From assembly GCF_009914755.1 (NCBI RefSeq), contig NC_060926.1: a stretch of DNA of 64,000 nt, one strand, 5' to 3'. The notes beneath the pieces were generated by a model, which saw only the letters and a list, made by a program, of their open reading frames with translations, was not told the DNA's origin and did not search any database. This stretch comes from the human T2T-CHM13v2.0 reference genome, Homo sapiens. Position numbers and translations under genes: made by a program. Positions 1 through 14,310 of this stretch are shown in pieces (position 1 is the stretch's first letter; each line of letters opens with the position of its first letter).

Positions 1-399
1 CACTATCGTTTTGAATATAACCTAGTCACATTCTTTCAGAATTGTTTTGTAGTGTATTTAAATATGGAAAGAGCCTTCGCTTCATAGCACATATTACATT
101 TGTAACCTGTATTGGCATACCTAAATCCCAGGCCCTTTGCTGTAACATTTTTACTTTAGATTGGAGCTGGGGAACACTCTCATTTTATCTCCTGCTGCAT
201 CTCAGATGTGAAGGCTCTTTGGGCTCCACCATTACCTCCCTGGCAGTCCACCCTGCACCATAGCAACAAGCACATGTGCTCCCTCCAAGTCAGGGGACAC
301 CAGGCAGGATGGGGAGAGGGAGGTGAGAGCAGAGACGGACCTGGACTAGAGCTGGCAGGGCTTTGCTGTGAATAGGATGGAAGGCTTCCCACTCTGGGG

Positions 400-900
400 A
401 AAACCGGGAGAGCATGGAGTCATGGACGCTGGGAGAAGAAAGGTTTTAGAGGAGGCCAAGGGTACTAAAGCCCACCGGTAGCTTAGGTAAGATGAGGACA
501 GAGTCACAGCATGGAGCATACTGATGGTGGGGCAAAAGGACATTTCCGTGGGGTCAGAGCCTGATGACAGCAGTTTATAGAGAGGCTAGAAGGAGGGGTT
601 TGGCTGAGACATAGAGCTGAGAAACGAGAGGGAGCTGGGTAATCTGTGGAGTTCAAGAAGCTTGCTGGTGGTGGTGTTTGTTTGTTTTAGGACGAAAGCT
701 ATGAAGGAGTATGTGGCTGATGGGAAGGACACAGAAGACAGATGCTGATGCTACAAAAGACGGAGACACTTGTAGAGTCAAGGTGCTTAGGAGACAGAGG
801 GAGACGCAGAACACAGGTTGGGGGTCTGCATTTGGTGGCAGCAGGGACTCCGCTGCCAGGTGAAAGGGGATCCATGGAAAGAGACAAAAGGTCTATGGCT
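400..900 (-). mobile_element. Degenerate L2 LINE fragment
   Basis: Purine-rich, highly diverged sequence resembling antisense L2; boundaries approximate. Confidence 0.4.
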
Positions 901-3622
901 TGTTGGGGACAGAGGACACAACGGAAGCCAGCAAGCCAAAGCCCCTCATTCCAAACACCAGCTTTGGAGTCCGTACAGGGCTGGCTGTCCACATGGTCAT
1001 CTGTTCTCAGACAAAAACTTCACTACACATTGCAGAAAAAAATAAGAAGTGAACTTTGTCCCTGTGATTTCTGCTGTCCCCACTCATTGACGGTCTGTTG
1101 GAACCTTGGGCGGAGTCTTGTCTGCATTTCGCGTGGGCACCTGCAAAGAAGCTCGTGACATGGTGGGACCCCAGTGACACAGAGCTGCAGAGTCTGGACT
1201 GCAAAGGCCTTCACCCTCAAAGTCGCTCATTCACAGAGTGGGAAACTGGAAGAGCGGGCCAAAACGAACGGAATGGAATTTTAAAGGGATTGATGTAAAT
1301 TTCTGCTCTGGAGTTTTTTTTAAAATAAACGTTATACATGTTTGGAATGAAGGGAAACAATAGCCAGCTGTGTACGTGTGGGAGCCGATAGGAGTCGGGA
1401 GGACACAAAATTAATACAGTAATGAAAATGTCAGAGACCAGCCCCATCACCCCACAGTATATCAAATTTCCCCAGTGAATCATCTCGGAGGAAATGCCTT
1501 CCGTAGTACCGAATAAAAACCATGAGAGTCAACCGTGGTCTGCAGCTTGTGGGAATTTCTTCAGCCACCCACACCGCTGGTTTGGATGACAAATAAGCCC
1601 CCACAAGCCACGCTGAGCCCAGTGGCCACTTGAGGCTGCTTAGATCTGTCTCGGCTCTGAGGACCTCCCTCTGGAAAATGTACATCCTGTGCACTTGAAT
1701 TTACTGAAACTTCTTCATTTTAACTTTGTAATCAAGGCCAATCATTTTCATGTCAATTTTTTAAAAACCCCATCGCAGGGAAAACAGGGCTCTGCACACA
1801 GGAAATACTCAGAAGCCATGTTTCTACTTAATGGTAAAATAAGGACCAACAATTCTTGTGTTACCAACCTCACCAGGTTTTCAGGTCAAAGGAAATATAC
1901 CACTGACGTCTTTGCAAATACAGACGTTCCCCAAAAAGCATATTTGGGTTTGTATAACACCTCAATTAACTGGATTAAATTGGGAATGGGTTTCTGGTTA
2001 ACTGAATTTGTTTCAACCCATGTTAAAAGCTTCCTAAAATGTTTGTTCGCCTTTTTACTTCGGTAACACCATCTGGGGCATCTCTCAGCCCCTCCTGGCT
2101 CAGGGGTCAGGCAGGAATGAGTGGAGCTAACCCTGAACGAATATTGGCCCCCTTAATGAATCCACTTCATTTCTGATCAATGCCTCTCCTCTGAGACAAG
2201 CTCCATGACGACAGGAACCATGTCTATCTTGGCTTGGATGACAAATCAGCCCCCACAGGCCACGACGAGCTCAGTGGCTGGGAGCCTTGGGGCCCAATAC
2301 AACGTCTTCGTTCAGAGGGTGTGTAATAAATATGTGTTATGTGAAAAGTTTCCTGATGTTAGTCTTGTTTTAATTCATTTTTCTTCCAAAATAGAGAACA
2401 GTTCATAAAATGGATATTCTAATTGGTTTGTTGAAATAATTTAGCTTTACCATCTTTGCACAATAGTAATTATTTTCAAATGGAAAATCAGAATATTCGG
2501 AGAATGACCATCTCCCTGTCTACATAAAATCAAAGCACAAAGTGAATTAAAACATTTTAAAAATCAACAGATCCAAACAACCCACACCACAGTTGGAAAA
2601 CTCAGAGGCTCTCACTGGCTTTGGTAGGACTTGGGTGCTGTTGGCAAGAGTGGGCAGGGAACCGGACGTCAAGGTTTGTCTAGGCAAGAGAAAGTTTGTG
2701 TTTAGGATGAAGTAAAGAAAAGTCCAGGACAGGGAGGGATTCCTAGGTGAGCAAATTTTAGAGGCCTAAAGGAAATTATCTGCATCTTCTAACATACTGT
2801 CAAATTAGGGAAATTATTGTAACTTGGAAGCAACTGGAAGCAAAGGACAAAAGCCTTGCCCTAATGTGCACGTAAAATGAGTCCTGCCTTAGCTTCTTAC
2901 TTAATTCCCTTTTGCTAATAAGGCTTTGCTGTAAAATGCTTGTCATTTTGCGTCCAAAATGATCTGTGGCATTGAGAACACCAGCAGTGATGGAAGCGAT
3001 GAGCCTCTGGTGGAGTCTCTGGCACATTTCCCAAGAGGGCAAATTGAATAGAACTGGAGGCCACAGTGACCACAACCTAGTCAGAAACTCAGCCACTTCT
3101 AGATGGTAGGATTTCTCAAAGACAGGCTGGTTTGGGCATAATGCCAGGAAATGAATTTCAAAGTTCTTCAACCTCAATTTGGAAATCATGTCTCATCTTA
3201 AGGACAAAGGAGCCCACACACAGAATATTGGATTATAGGATTTACAAATCCAACCATTGTTTAAATGCCATAAAGCTTACTAGATCTGCAGCTTCAGTTA
3301 TGTCTGCACGTTTCATCACACTGACTTATGGAGCACTTATGGAGCACTGAGTAACTGACAAACACTTAATCCTCCTAGGTATTTTGTAAACTAAGGCTTG
3401 GAGACATGAAACGACTTAAATCCTACAGCAAGTGACTACGGAAAAGATTACAACTCAAGTCTTCAGGCTTTACTTCAAAGCAAATGTAATCTGCCTGATA
3501 ATCATGTTAAATTACCTTCCATACTAGAAGACGAATTCCATGAGGATAGGGATTTTTGTCCATTTGTTTACTGGTGTGTCCCCAGCATTTGGGACAAAAT
3601 AGGATGTTCAAATATTTGTAGC

Positions 3623-3917
3623 AGGAAAAAAAGAAAGGAGAGAAGAAGGAAGAAGAAGGAAGGATAGGAGAGGGAGGGAGAGAAGCAGGAAGAAAACAAG
3701 GAAGGAAGGGAAGAAGGAAGGAAGGAGAGGGGAGGGAGGGGAGGGGAGAGAAGGGGGAGGGGAAGGGGAAGGAGAAGGGGAAGGGGGAGGGGAAGGGGAA
3801 GGAGAAGGGGAAGGGGAAGGAGAAGAGGAAGGGAAGGAGAGAGGAGAGGAAGGGAGGGGAGGTGAGGGGAAGGGTGGGAAGGGAAGGGAGGGGAGGGGAG
3901 GGGAAGGGAAGGATGGA
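3623..3917 (+). repeat. GA-rich polypurine low-complexity tract
   Basis: Uninterrupted purines at 3698-3862, including a 30-bp direct repeat at 3751-3780/3781-3810. Confidence 0.95.
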
Positions 3918-5379
3918 AATGTCCCATTTACTCATGTGCATCTACATGGAGGAGCAGAAATGCCAAGAGCTTTATTCATTTGGGAAGCACTGCATTAACT
4001 CTGCAGCTGTGACTGAGTTGTGTAGGTGGAGGAGACAGTGTCTGTCTGTCTACCCCAGAGCAGAGTTGGGATAAGTGGTAGAGCCTCTGATGATGACTGG
4101 GTGTTCCTAGGTTTTTAGTTTCAGCCCAAAGCCTCCCCCGTCTGTCTGGATCCTAGGTGAAGACCTCAGAAAAGAGAAGCTTTCTGTCTGGCCCTTTTCT
4201 AACAATCCAGGCTGAGATGAGATTGACAATCACAACCAACGCCCCACCATTCTCATTTCACTTTTTTTTTGCTCAACCTAAAAGTGATCCTGTTTAGTGT
4301 TTGAAGTAATCCAATAGTGTTTGCTCTTATATCAGGAAATTTCACATAATTAATTGTAGCACATGCTGGCAAGTGATCACATTTTTGCTCTACGGCCTTA
4401 GCAAATTCCACCATGCAGTGGGAACAACTTCATTATACCCAAGTAGTGAGCTACTTGTGCAATCAGGCTGGATATTTACATTTTTGAAATGGAATTGGGC
4501 TGTATTAAGATGACCCATCTAGAAGCATTGATGGCTTGTACTTTTTTCTTTTTTTCTTTTTTTTGTAATTCTGATTGGTGTTTTCCATTTGGAAAGATAA
4601 TTTTTTTTTAGTAAATTTTCATATCACGAAGGCATTTGTATTCAATGACAACCCACTTCTAATGGTATTATGACAGATAAGGTAGTGTGTGCCCAGTGGC
4701 TGAGGAAAAACGTCCAATAATTTTGGATATACTGTAGTATGTGAAATGCATAAAATGGATATAGACACATGGTGGTTTCCAAAAACAGCTGCAGTGTCAC
4801 CAACTTATAACAATGTCTATGACTCACATCTTTAAAGGAATGACATTTCCACTTTGATGAATCATATCTGGACTATCACCAATGAGTTTTAATAATCTAT
4901 TTCTCTAAGAGTAATGCTTTCCTGATGGAAATTTAAAATTTTAAACTTTTTAAGGTACTAGATATCTAACTGTAATTCCTGTCAGTGCTGTTTCTTAAAT
5001 ATCTCTGCAATTCCTGTCCCTGCAAATGGGATCCGCTGTGTCCCTACGCAAACGTAGCACAGCAGATTTCAGCAGAATCCACACTTAACTAAAATAGAGC
5101 AGAGAGCTGTTTAGGATCTGCCCTGCACCCCTCTTTTGTAGCCTCAACTCTTGCCTCTCCTCATGCGGCACCCTACTCTCCCATGGTTCTTACTAATCTG
5201 CAATGGCCAGTATCAATCCCTGCTCATTCTTATGTCTTTGCGTCATACCTGCTATTGCCCCTGCCTCGGTCATGCTTCTTCGTTGGTGCAACTCCCTCAT
5301 TCCCTTTAAGCTGATTTCTTCTCCCCACCCCCAAGACAGGTTATCAGAGCCCCTGTCTGCTCTCTCAGGACACCTCAGC

Positions 5380-6170
5380 TTGCAGGACACACACTCCCAA
5401 CATTGTCTTCTCAGCTCCTCGATAGCCCCTGTCTCCTTTTCCACCTCCACCTCTCCTAACCCTAAATGTGGTCCCTGAGGACCACCTCATCCTGTTCTTC
5501 ACACTAAACTCTGCCTGTGCAATCCCATCTGTGTCATGACTTTAGAGACCATCTATGAACTGAATATCCTAAAATCTCCATCTCTAGTCCACACCTCTTT
5601 CTGAGAGCCAGACTCACAAAATCCCACTATCTTATTGACAGCTCCACATAGGTAACTAAGTGGTACCTCAAACTCAATGTGCTTAAAGCATGAGCTCATC
5701 TTCCACTCCAGTTGCCAGAGAAACCCTGCTTCTCTCCTGAGGCACCATGTTGGTGAATGCAATCATCATACAGCCTCTTGCTCAAGACTCAAATCTGAAG
5801 GTATCTGTGACTTTTCTCTCCGTGTCCAATATAGCATCACTTTTATGAATTTCTTCAATATTGCACATTCTCTCCCCTATACTCATAATTGTCTGTGCTG
5901 TGAAACTTCTCTGATTGCCTCCTCACTGGTCCCCATGCAGCTATGTTTGTCCCCTTGTCAATCCATTCTACCCATCACATCCATAATCATCTTTATGAAA
6001 TGCAAATCAATCCATGTCACTTTCCAACATGGAATCTCAGTGGGTTCTACTCCACTCTCAGGATAGAGGCCAAAATTCTCAGTATGGTACATAAGTTCAC
6101 CCCCAGGCCCAGCTTTCTCCATCAGCTCCCACCACCACTCTCTCCACTCCAGACATTCTAGGTTGCTCTC
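5380..6170 (+). mobile_element. L2 LINE fragment
   Basis: Typical L2 motifs (atctccatctctagtccacacctc..., ctcaaactcaatgtg...gagctcatc, atgcaaatcaatccatgtcac); ends approximate. Confidence 0.65.
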
Positions 6171-6174
6171 AATC

Positions 6175-7592
6175 CTTTTTTATTGACTTTTTTATATTAG
6201 TTTTAGGTTCACAGCAAAATGGAACAGAAGATATGGAGATTTGTCATATACCTCCTTTCTCCACATAGTCCTCCTCATTATCAACATCCTCTAACAGAAA
6301 GTATATGTATTACAATTGATGAACTAGATGGATACATCATTATCATCTGGAGTCCATAGTTTACTTTAGGGTTCACTCTTGGTGTTGTGCATTCTATGGA
6401 TTTAGACAAATGTATAAGGACATGTATCCACCACTACAGTGTCATACAGAGAGTAGTCTTACTGCTCTAAATGTTCTCTGTGCGCCACTTATCCATCCCT
6501 CCATCCCCCTAACCCTTGGCAACCACTGGTCTTGTTCCTGTCTCTATGGTTCTGCTATTTCCAGACCGTCATATAGTTGAAATTATGTAACATTTAGCCT
6601 TTTCAGATTGGCTTCTTTCAATCTTACAATGCATAGTAATATACATTTAAGTTCCCTCCATGTCTTTTCAATGGCTTGAAAACGAATTTATTTTTATTGC
6701 TGACTAATATTCCTTTGTGTAGATATACTGCATTTATTTATCCACTCACCTACTGAAGGACATCTTGGTGGGTTCTAAATTTTGGCAATTTTGAATAAAG
6801 CTGCTATAAACATTTGCATGTAGGTTTTTGTGTGGTCATAAGTTTTTAACTCCTTTGGGTAAAAAACAAGGAGCCCATTATGCAATCATAAGTGTGATGG
6901 TTAATATTAGGCGTCAGCTGAATTGGATTGCAGGATGCCTAAATGGCTGGTAAAGAATTATTTCTAGGAGTGTCTGTGAGGTTGTTGCCAGAGAAGATTG
7001 GCATGTGAATCGGTGGACTAGGAAAGGAAGACCCACCCTCAATGTGGGTGGGCACCATTCAATCTGCTGCCAGCACAGCTAGAACGAAGCTGGTGGAAAA
7101 AGGTGGGATAAGTGGGGTGCTGAGTCCTGGGTCGTCTTCTTCTTCCAGTGTTGGACTCTTGCTTCCATTCCTCCTGCTCTTGGACATCAGACTCCAAGTT
7201 TTTCAGCCTTTGGACTCTGGGACTTGCACCAGCAGCTTTCCGAGAACTCTTGAGCCTTTGGCTTTAGACTGAAGGCTGCACTGTTGGCTTCCCTGGTTTT
7301 GACACTTTCAGACTTGGACTGAGCCACTACTGGCTTCTCTCTATCCCCAGCTTGCTGATGGCCTATCGTGGAACTTAACCTTGTGACCGTGCGAGACAGT
7401 TCTCCCTAATAAACTCCCTTTTATATATACATATATCCTGTTGGTTCTGTCCCTCTGGAGAACCCTGACTGGTACAATATGGCACCCATGTTTCATTTTT
7501 TTAGGAAACTGACCAACTGTCTTCAATGTAGCTGTGCCATTTTGTATTCCCACCAGCAATGAATGAGAGGTTCTCTTGCTATAAATCCTCAC
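6175..7592 (-). mobile_element. L1M (L1MC-like) 3' end, interrupted by an MLT2 LTR
   Basis: Antisense L1 3'UTR and ORF2-end motifs (ttttaggttcacagcaaaat, aataaagctgctataaacatt, tgtattcccaccagcaatgaatgagagg) on both sides of the LTR. Confidence 0.8.
6893..7476 (+). mobile_element. MLT2B-like ERVL solo LTR
   Basis: Begins tgtgatggttaatattag and ends ggagaaccctgactggtaca; near-TSD ataag/atatg. Confidence 0.85.
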
Positions 7593-7843
7593 GAGAGATA
7601 ATGCGAACACAGGAGAAAGACATTCCAGACACCATACAAGTAGGTGAGAGAAATTAAGCTAAATTTTGTAATAACCTTCTGAGGGCCTAGTGTTGGCTAG
7701 CATGGCAGTACCTGGATTCCCAGATACAAAGGGAGGTTGCACCCACTTGAGAACTCTTCTCCATGGACCCTCATCTGGTGCTTATTAGTGGGTTGGGGGT
7801 GGGGTTGAAGATCAGAGAGAGAGCTTCATGGATAGTACAGGAC

Positions 7844-8195
7844 TATATTAGTCTGTTCTCACGCTGCTATAAAGAAATACCTGAGACTGGGTAATTTATA
7901 AAGAAAAAAGGTTTAATTGACTCACCGTTCTGCATGGCTTGGGAGGCCTCAGGAAACTTACAATCATGGTGGAAAGTGAAGCAGGCGCACCTTCTTCACA
8001 AGGCAGCAGGAGAGAGAGTGAGTAAGAGCAGGGAAAATGCTAGACACTTATAAAACTATCAGATCTCATAAGAACTCACTCACTATCATGAGAACAGCAT
8101 GAGGGAAACCAATCTATGATCCAATCACTTCCCACTGGGTCCCTCCCATGACACATGGGGACTACAATTCAAGATGAGATTTGGGTGGGGACAGA
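7844..8195 (-). mobile_element. MSTA/THE1-type MaLR LTR (slightly truncated)
   Basis: tattagtctgttctcacgctgctataaagaaatacctgagactggg...attcaagatgagatttgggtggggaca. Confidence 0.85.
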
Positions 8196-8352
8196 GGAAG
8201 GTCTAGCATATGGAACAAAAGCCTCAGGCTCCTTTGGGAAAGGCAGAAAGCCCTGTCACTCCCCCAAGGCATAAGTGAAACCCCATTGTACATTTGGGAA
8301 GAGTGAGAGGAAAACTCATCTATCCATGGGGGAAGGTCAAGAAAGAGTCCAC

Positions 8353-8854
<502 letters not shown>

Positions 8855-9199
8855 CTAGAAAGCACTGAGAAATAAGCAATTGCAGTTTAGAGAGGGCCAA
8901 AACCATAGTTAGAGAGCCCATCTCAGGATCAATCTCACACAGAAGGTAAAAGCAGAGCAGAATATTGAGAAACACCCAGTCAAAGCACAGGGGGACATTA
9001 GAAGAATTTGAAGCTGGTGGTGCACAGCTGGTGGTGATAACCCTAGCAACAGCAACATCAGTTTGTAGGTTAACTCCTGACAAGACTGACTCAAACTTCA
9101 CACTAACAGCTTATCAAAAGAAAAAGTATTTTCATCTCAAGGAATAAATTCTATTGACCTCAGACTTTTCTGTTCTATACATGATGTCTGGCATTAGAT

Positions 9200-10320
9200 C
9201 AAAAATTATGAGACAGAAAAAAAAAACAAGACAAAAATAACCCACTGCCAAGAGGCAGAAATAGAACCAGACTCACAGATAGCCAGACGTCCATACTATC
9301 AGACAAAAAATTAAAAATAATAGTGATTAATATATTAAAGACTAGTGGAAAAGGTGGACAACATGCATGAGCAGATGACAACTTTCAGCAGAGAGAGGGA
9401 AACTATAAAAAAGCATCCAATGGAAATGCTGGAAATAAAATAGTTATGAAGAAAACAAATGTGGTATATATATGCACCATGGAATACTACTTAACCATAA
9501 AAAAGAATGAAAGAATGTCTTTTGCATCAACTTGAATACAACTGGAGGCCATTATCTTAACTAACTCAGGAACAGAAAACCAAATACTGCATGCTTTCAT
9601 TCATAAGGCAGGGCTAAGCTATGGGCACACAAAGGCAGGCAGAGTGGTGAAATGGACATTGAAGACTCAGAAGGGAAAGGATGGGAGTGAGGCAAGGGAT
9701 GAAAAGTCACCTGTTGGGTACAATGTACACTATTTGGGTGATGGGTATGTTAAAAGCTCAGACTTCACCACTATGCAATTCATCCATGTAACCAAAAACC
9801 ACTTGTACCCCCAAATATTTATTTATTTATTGTAAATAAATAAAATTTAAATTAAAAATTAGAAAGCCTTTATCAGGCTTATCACTAGACTCAACACAGG
9901 CAATGAATCATTGAACTTACAGGTGACTCAATGGAAATCACCAAAATAAAACACAAAGAGAATAAAAGAGAGGGAAAAATAGAGCAGGAAATGAAAAGCC
10001 ATGGGACATTAGCAAAAAGTCAAACATAAGTGTAATCGAGATTCCTGAAAGGAAAGAGAGAGAGAGAAGAAACAGAAATATTTGAAGAGATAGTGGACAA
10101 GAATTTATCAAAACAGTGAAAGATGTTAGATCACAGATCTGTGAAACTTGCGGAACCAGAAACGAGACAGATGAACACTGAGGGGAAGAAAAACACCCCT
10201 CAATACGTTATGCATGAACTTCTTAAAAACAAAGACAAAGATCTTGAAAGTACTCCAACACATTACCAACATAAGCACAACGGTAAGAATTTATAGGAGA
10301 CTCCTTATGAAAAACCATGT
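9200..10320 (+). mobile_element. Old L1M ORF1-region remnant with a nested younger L1 3' end (L1PB-like, about 9450-9860)
   Basis: A-rich L1 ORF1-like sequence flanks an L1 3'UTR (gggtacaatgtacactatttgggtgatggg...cttcaccactatgcaattcatccatgtaacc) with an A-rich tail. Confidence 0.7.
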
Positions 10321-11189
10321 AAACTAAATTTCAGAGAGAGAGAGAGCGTGACTCCTGACTGCCCCAGCTGACTCCCGTCCTCCTTGTTTGAGCAAAGCTT
10401 GGCGTGTCAAGCTGTCTCATGGCTGTGGCCAAGGGACCACACCTGCCCCAACTCAAGCACAGTGTGACTCTCCCCTGCGGTGCCTCTGCACGTTTGGACT
10501 TTGTTACCCTTATTTGATAAGGAACCATTGATCATGCTGAAGCCGTTTCAGAAGAAAAATGCACATATTGATACATCAATTTGATTTCCAAGCTGAATCA
10601 AGTGAAGATATATTATAGAGTCAGCTGACCTAGGGACCAAGGAACAAGCCAGAAAATATCAAAATCAGAGTACCCAGGAAGACGAGGCCTCCAAAGAGCT
10701 CCAAATGCCGAGGTCGGCCTCATATCGCACAGTTCAGACTCTATGGAAAATAACATCGAGAATGAAATGTTGTGATACCTCGGTGCATGGACTTTTATTA
10801 TTGTGGGGTTTGAAAGTAAAGGGGAGATAAATATGGGTCATAAAGACCTGTTTTTCAATTCCATTTGTACCCTGCATATTTATATTGATAACACTTCCCC
10901 ATGAGTCTTTCTAAACAAGAAGCCATCAAGGCAGTGCTTAAGAAGTATAATAATAAAACAATAAATAAATAAATAAAACAGTGTGGGGGGGAATTGCCAT
11001 AGGAATTAAATAAAGAGACAAAGATTAAATATATTGTAGTACACTGCATTTGATGATAAGATGGGAAAAGGACATGCTGAATTCTGAATAAAGTCTATTA
11101 ATTATTAAAAAAAGAAGTCTATTTTTCTAGATTACGGGAGTTTAATAAAAGATTTTTCTAAAAAAATTTAAAAAAAGAATCTGTTCTCA

Positions 11190-11370
11190 GACCATGGCTC
11201 TGCCTCTTAACAGCTATTTCACTCTGAAAGAGTTGTTTTACCTCTGAGTCTGTTCCTCCGCTTTCAGAAGGTCATTATGGGGATTAAATAAGGTAAATCA
11301 AGGAAAGTGCTCAGCATGATGCCTGGCACACCATAAACACCCAATAAATTTTAGTCACCATTAGCTATTG
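11190..11370 (+). mobile_element. MIR SINE
   Basis: ggctctgcctcttaacagct...ggattaaataaggtaaatc...aaagtgctcagcatgatgcctggcacac. Confidence 0.7.
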
Positions 11371-11847
11371 TTTTTGTTTATTATTCTCATCATTATTTGG
11401 TCAGGGTCACTTTGATCAAAGCCAGGGTACAATCTGTTGCTTCTCCATGAGTGCCTTATTCTTTGGGTCTCTCCAAAGCCCAGGATACATTCTTCTGTGA
11501 CTTTTCACTGTCCATTGCTCATGCTCCTTTACGAGGTTTGAGAGATGAGTGCCAGCACTGTATTTGGGAGCCGCTGCAGCTCTGCACAGACCCAGAACGT
11601 CATGTGCTTTCCCCTCGGCGTGGCCAGGGAGAGCTCGTCTACCCCCGCGTGCTACTCGCCAGCTTTCCCCACTTCGAGGGCGGAGCTCAGTGGCTTAGCG
11701 TGAAGTGATCAAATGAGTGTTTACACCAAAGCACTCTATGGGTCTATATCAATATTTCTAAGAATCGTTTCATTTATAGAAATTATTACCCAGCTGACCT
11801 GTTATCATGTACAACAGCTTCACTGGCAAAAGCATCATATTCTAGAT

Positions 11848-12078
11848 CGGGGCTTAGCAAACTTTTCTGTAAAGGACCAGAGAGTGAATATTTTCAGCTT
11901 TGTGGGCCACACACAATCCTGTTTTATAATCTTCTCGTTTTTTGTTACAACTTTTAAAAAATGCAAAGCAACAACAACCAAAAATAAATAAATAAATAAC
12001 CCACTCTTAACCTGTGGACTATACAGAAAGAGTTTGTGGGCCAAAATTTGCCCACTGGCCATAGTTTGCTGATCCCTG
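11848..12078. mobile_element. MER58-like hAT-Charlie MITE
   Basis: Terminal inverted repeats cggggcttagcaaac.../...gtttgctgatccctg with a perfect 8-bp TSD TTCTAGAT (11840-11847, 12079-12086). Confidence 0.9.
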
Positions 12079-13039
12079 TTCTAGATGTCTGATTTGCTTT
12101 GTATTGGACAGTTTGGCAATAGGAAGAATACACACTTAAATTTTCTTCTCTTTGGCAGAATTGCATTAAAAATCAATTCTTTTTAGCTTTTAGGAAACTG
12201 AACTCTCGCAGAGATTTAATTGGAAGAGAACCAGCATTTCATTGAAACATATTTGGAAACACGTTGTGTATATTGAGACACACACACAGACACGGTCTCT
12301 GTACTCCAAGTAGTTGAAGTCAACAAATGTGTCTGAACTTTTTTAGCTGGTTTCCATGGGAACGTAGATGAAAACAAAACGTATATTCTGAGGAAGCACC
12401 AGGTTTTCTGGCTGAGGAAACGTTTTCTGAGTTAACTCTGAAGGGTGTTTTATTTCCATGAGTGACGGCTTGGTTGATTCTCTCCTCTCCCTCCTCTTTT
12501 CTGTCTTCTCCTCCTCCCCTCTCTGTGTGTTCCCCGCGCCACATGTGCCCTTCGTGGTTCTGTGTCCCTCTCTGCACCCTCACCCCCTCCTTGCTGCCGC
12601 TCCTGGGCCTCTGGATGAAGCCTCCGCATCTGGTTTCCATCTCCCTGCGCCGCGGGACTGAAGCCCGGCCGACCCAGATTTCCCGTTCATAAATCATTAC
12701 TCATCTGGAGCCCAGCCAGGAGCACTTCAGGGACTGTTTACTCAGCACGTCTCCTTTTTCAGAAGAACTGCTTCCCTTCTGTGTCGTTTCAAGTCTGGCT
12801 GCCATCTTCTACGTTGATCATTTTCCCCATTTTTATCTTTGAAAAGCAGACAAGAGAGGAATTCACTGTGATAAGGCATTTAAATGAGCTGTATCAAACG
12901 TACAGCTGGGTCAAACATAAGAGTTTATTCTAATAAAAGTGGCGAGAAATTCGGAAGTACATACATATTGTGGTAAGAACATATGATATTTGATATTTTA
13001 AGTAAACTTTGCAGAAGTAGAGGGAGTTAACACATAATC

Positions 13040-13330
13040 ATAGCTATGTGCCAGGTAACACTTGAAATGTTAACTGAATGCTCACGGCAACTCTACACTA
13101 TAGGTGCTATTAACCTTATTTTACAGATGAGGAAACTGAGGCACAGAAAACATAACTACTAATAACGTGCCCATCTGCTAGTAAATGACGATCCTCTGAC
13201 AAGGACCCAGTCTGGCACCAGAGCTTCTGCTCTCTCAAGCAGCTGATTCAACTGCTTCTTCGTTTCTTCAACTGTAAAATCATTTCCATTTCACAGATGG
13301 GGAAACTGAGGCTCCAAAAGTTAAGCAAAT
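13040..13330 (-). mobile_element. Two MIR fragments
   Basis: The MIR core appears as attttacagatgaggaaactgaggcacag and again as atttcacagatggggaaactgaggc. Confidence 0.75.
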
Positions 13331-13984
13331 GAAGCTGTAACAGCTATTTTCAAATATTTCCAAACTGTCTCTTTCCTTAGTACTTCCAATGTGTTTTAGT
13401 GCTGTACTGCGTGTGTTTACAGTAAACTCCCAAGAAGTTTAAAAATTCCTCTATGTGTCATTAAGGTTTCCAAAAACTACTTTAATTTTTCCATTTTTCA
13501 CAGAAGCATGTGACTTGCATAGATTTCTCTTAAATGATTTATAAGAGAAATAAAATGAATGTCAAAATGTTTTTACCTAAGAACGGAGTAAATCAGATAT
13601 TTTTCCTATGGTCATAATGCCAATGACTTCAGAGGAATTTAACGATGAAAATGGAAACATAAAATAAGATAAAGGGCACTGAGTGCTGTTCTAATTTCTG
13701 AGTCATATTTTTGGGAAATAATTAATATAAAGAATACTCAGTGACCATTTTCCATGTTTATTCAGTGATAAACACCATGCCAGCTGCTGGGAGAAAAGAG
13801 ACACATTAAGTAATTTATCTTCCTGCAAAGAGTGACACTGCAGTGGTAGTACATAAGGGTTGGAATGACATTCTTGTCAATTACAGCATTTTGTAGAAAT
13901 GCAGTTTCTTTGAATGTGAAGGATCAGCTGATCTGTCACCATCATTTTCCAACTGGTATGTTATTGGGGTGGGTTGGGAAAGGG

Positions 13985-14310
13985 GGCTAGGTTGTGCTGC
14001 AGTAACCAACAACTCCAAAATCTCAGTAGGTTAATCCAGCCAAATTTATTTTTTCACTCACATTACCAGTCCTATATAGGACAGCAGAGGCCTCTACTCC
14101 ACACAGTCACTCAAGGATCAAGGTGATTATGCCTCTACAGTTTTGTACCTAAACCATCAAAAACATGGGGCCTGCATAGAGAGACTGAAGAAAATAGCAT
14201 GGCTTTTTATGAACTCAACAAGAAAGAACACTCATCTTTTGTCCTTGGCCAGAATTCATTGTCCAGACCCACTACCTGCAATATGAATGGAATATTCGTG
14301 GGAGCTGGTG
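13985..14310 (-). mobile_element. Old MaLR/ERVL LTR fragment (MLT1-like)
   Basis: ggctaggttgtgctgcagtaaccaacaactccaaaatctcagt...ttggccagaattc; subfamily uncertain. Confidence 0.55.

Noticed and set aside
3507-4074. Pro/Phe/Ser/Leu-rich ORFs of 119-144 aa
   Set aside because: Translation artefacts of the GA-rich low-complexity tract.
10335-11120. Unique-looking block ending in an (aata)n A-rich run, with a short aagtctatt direct repeat nearby; considered as a processed pseudogene
   Set aside because: No recognisable parent gene or ORF and no TSD pair spanning the block. A BLAT search for a multi-exon paralogue would settle it.
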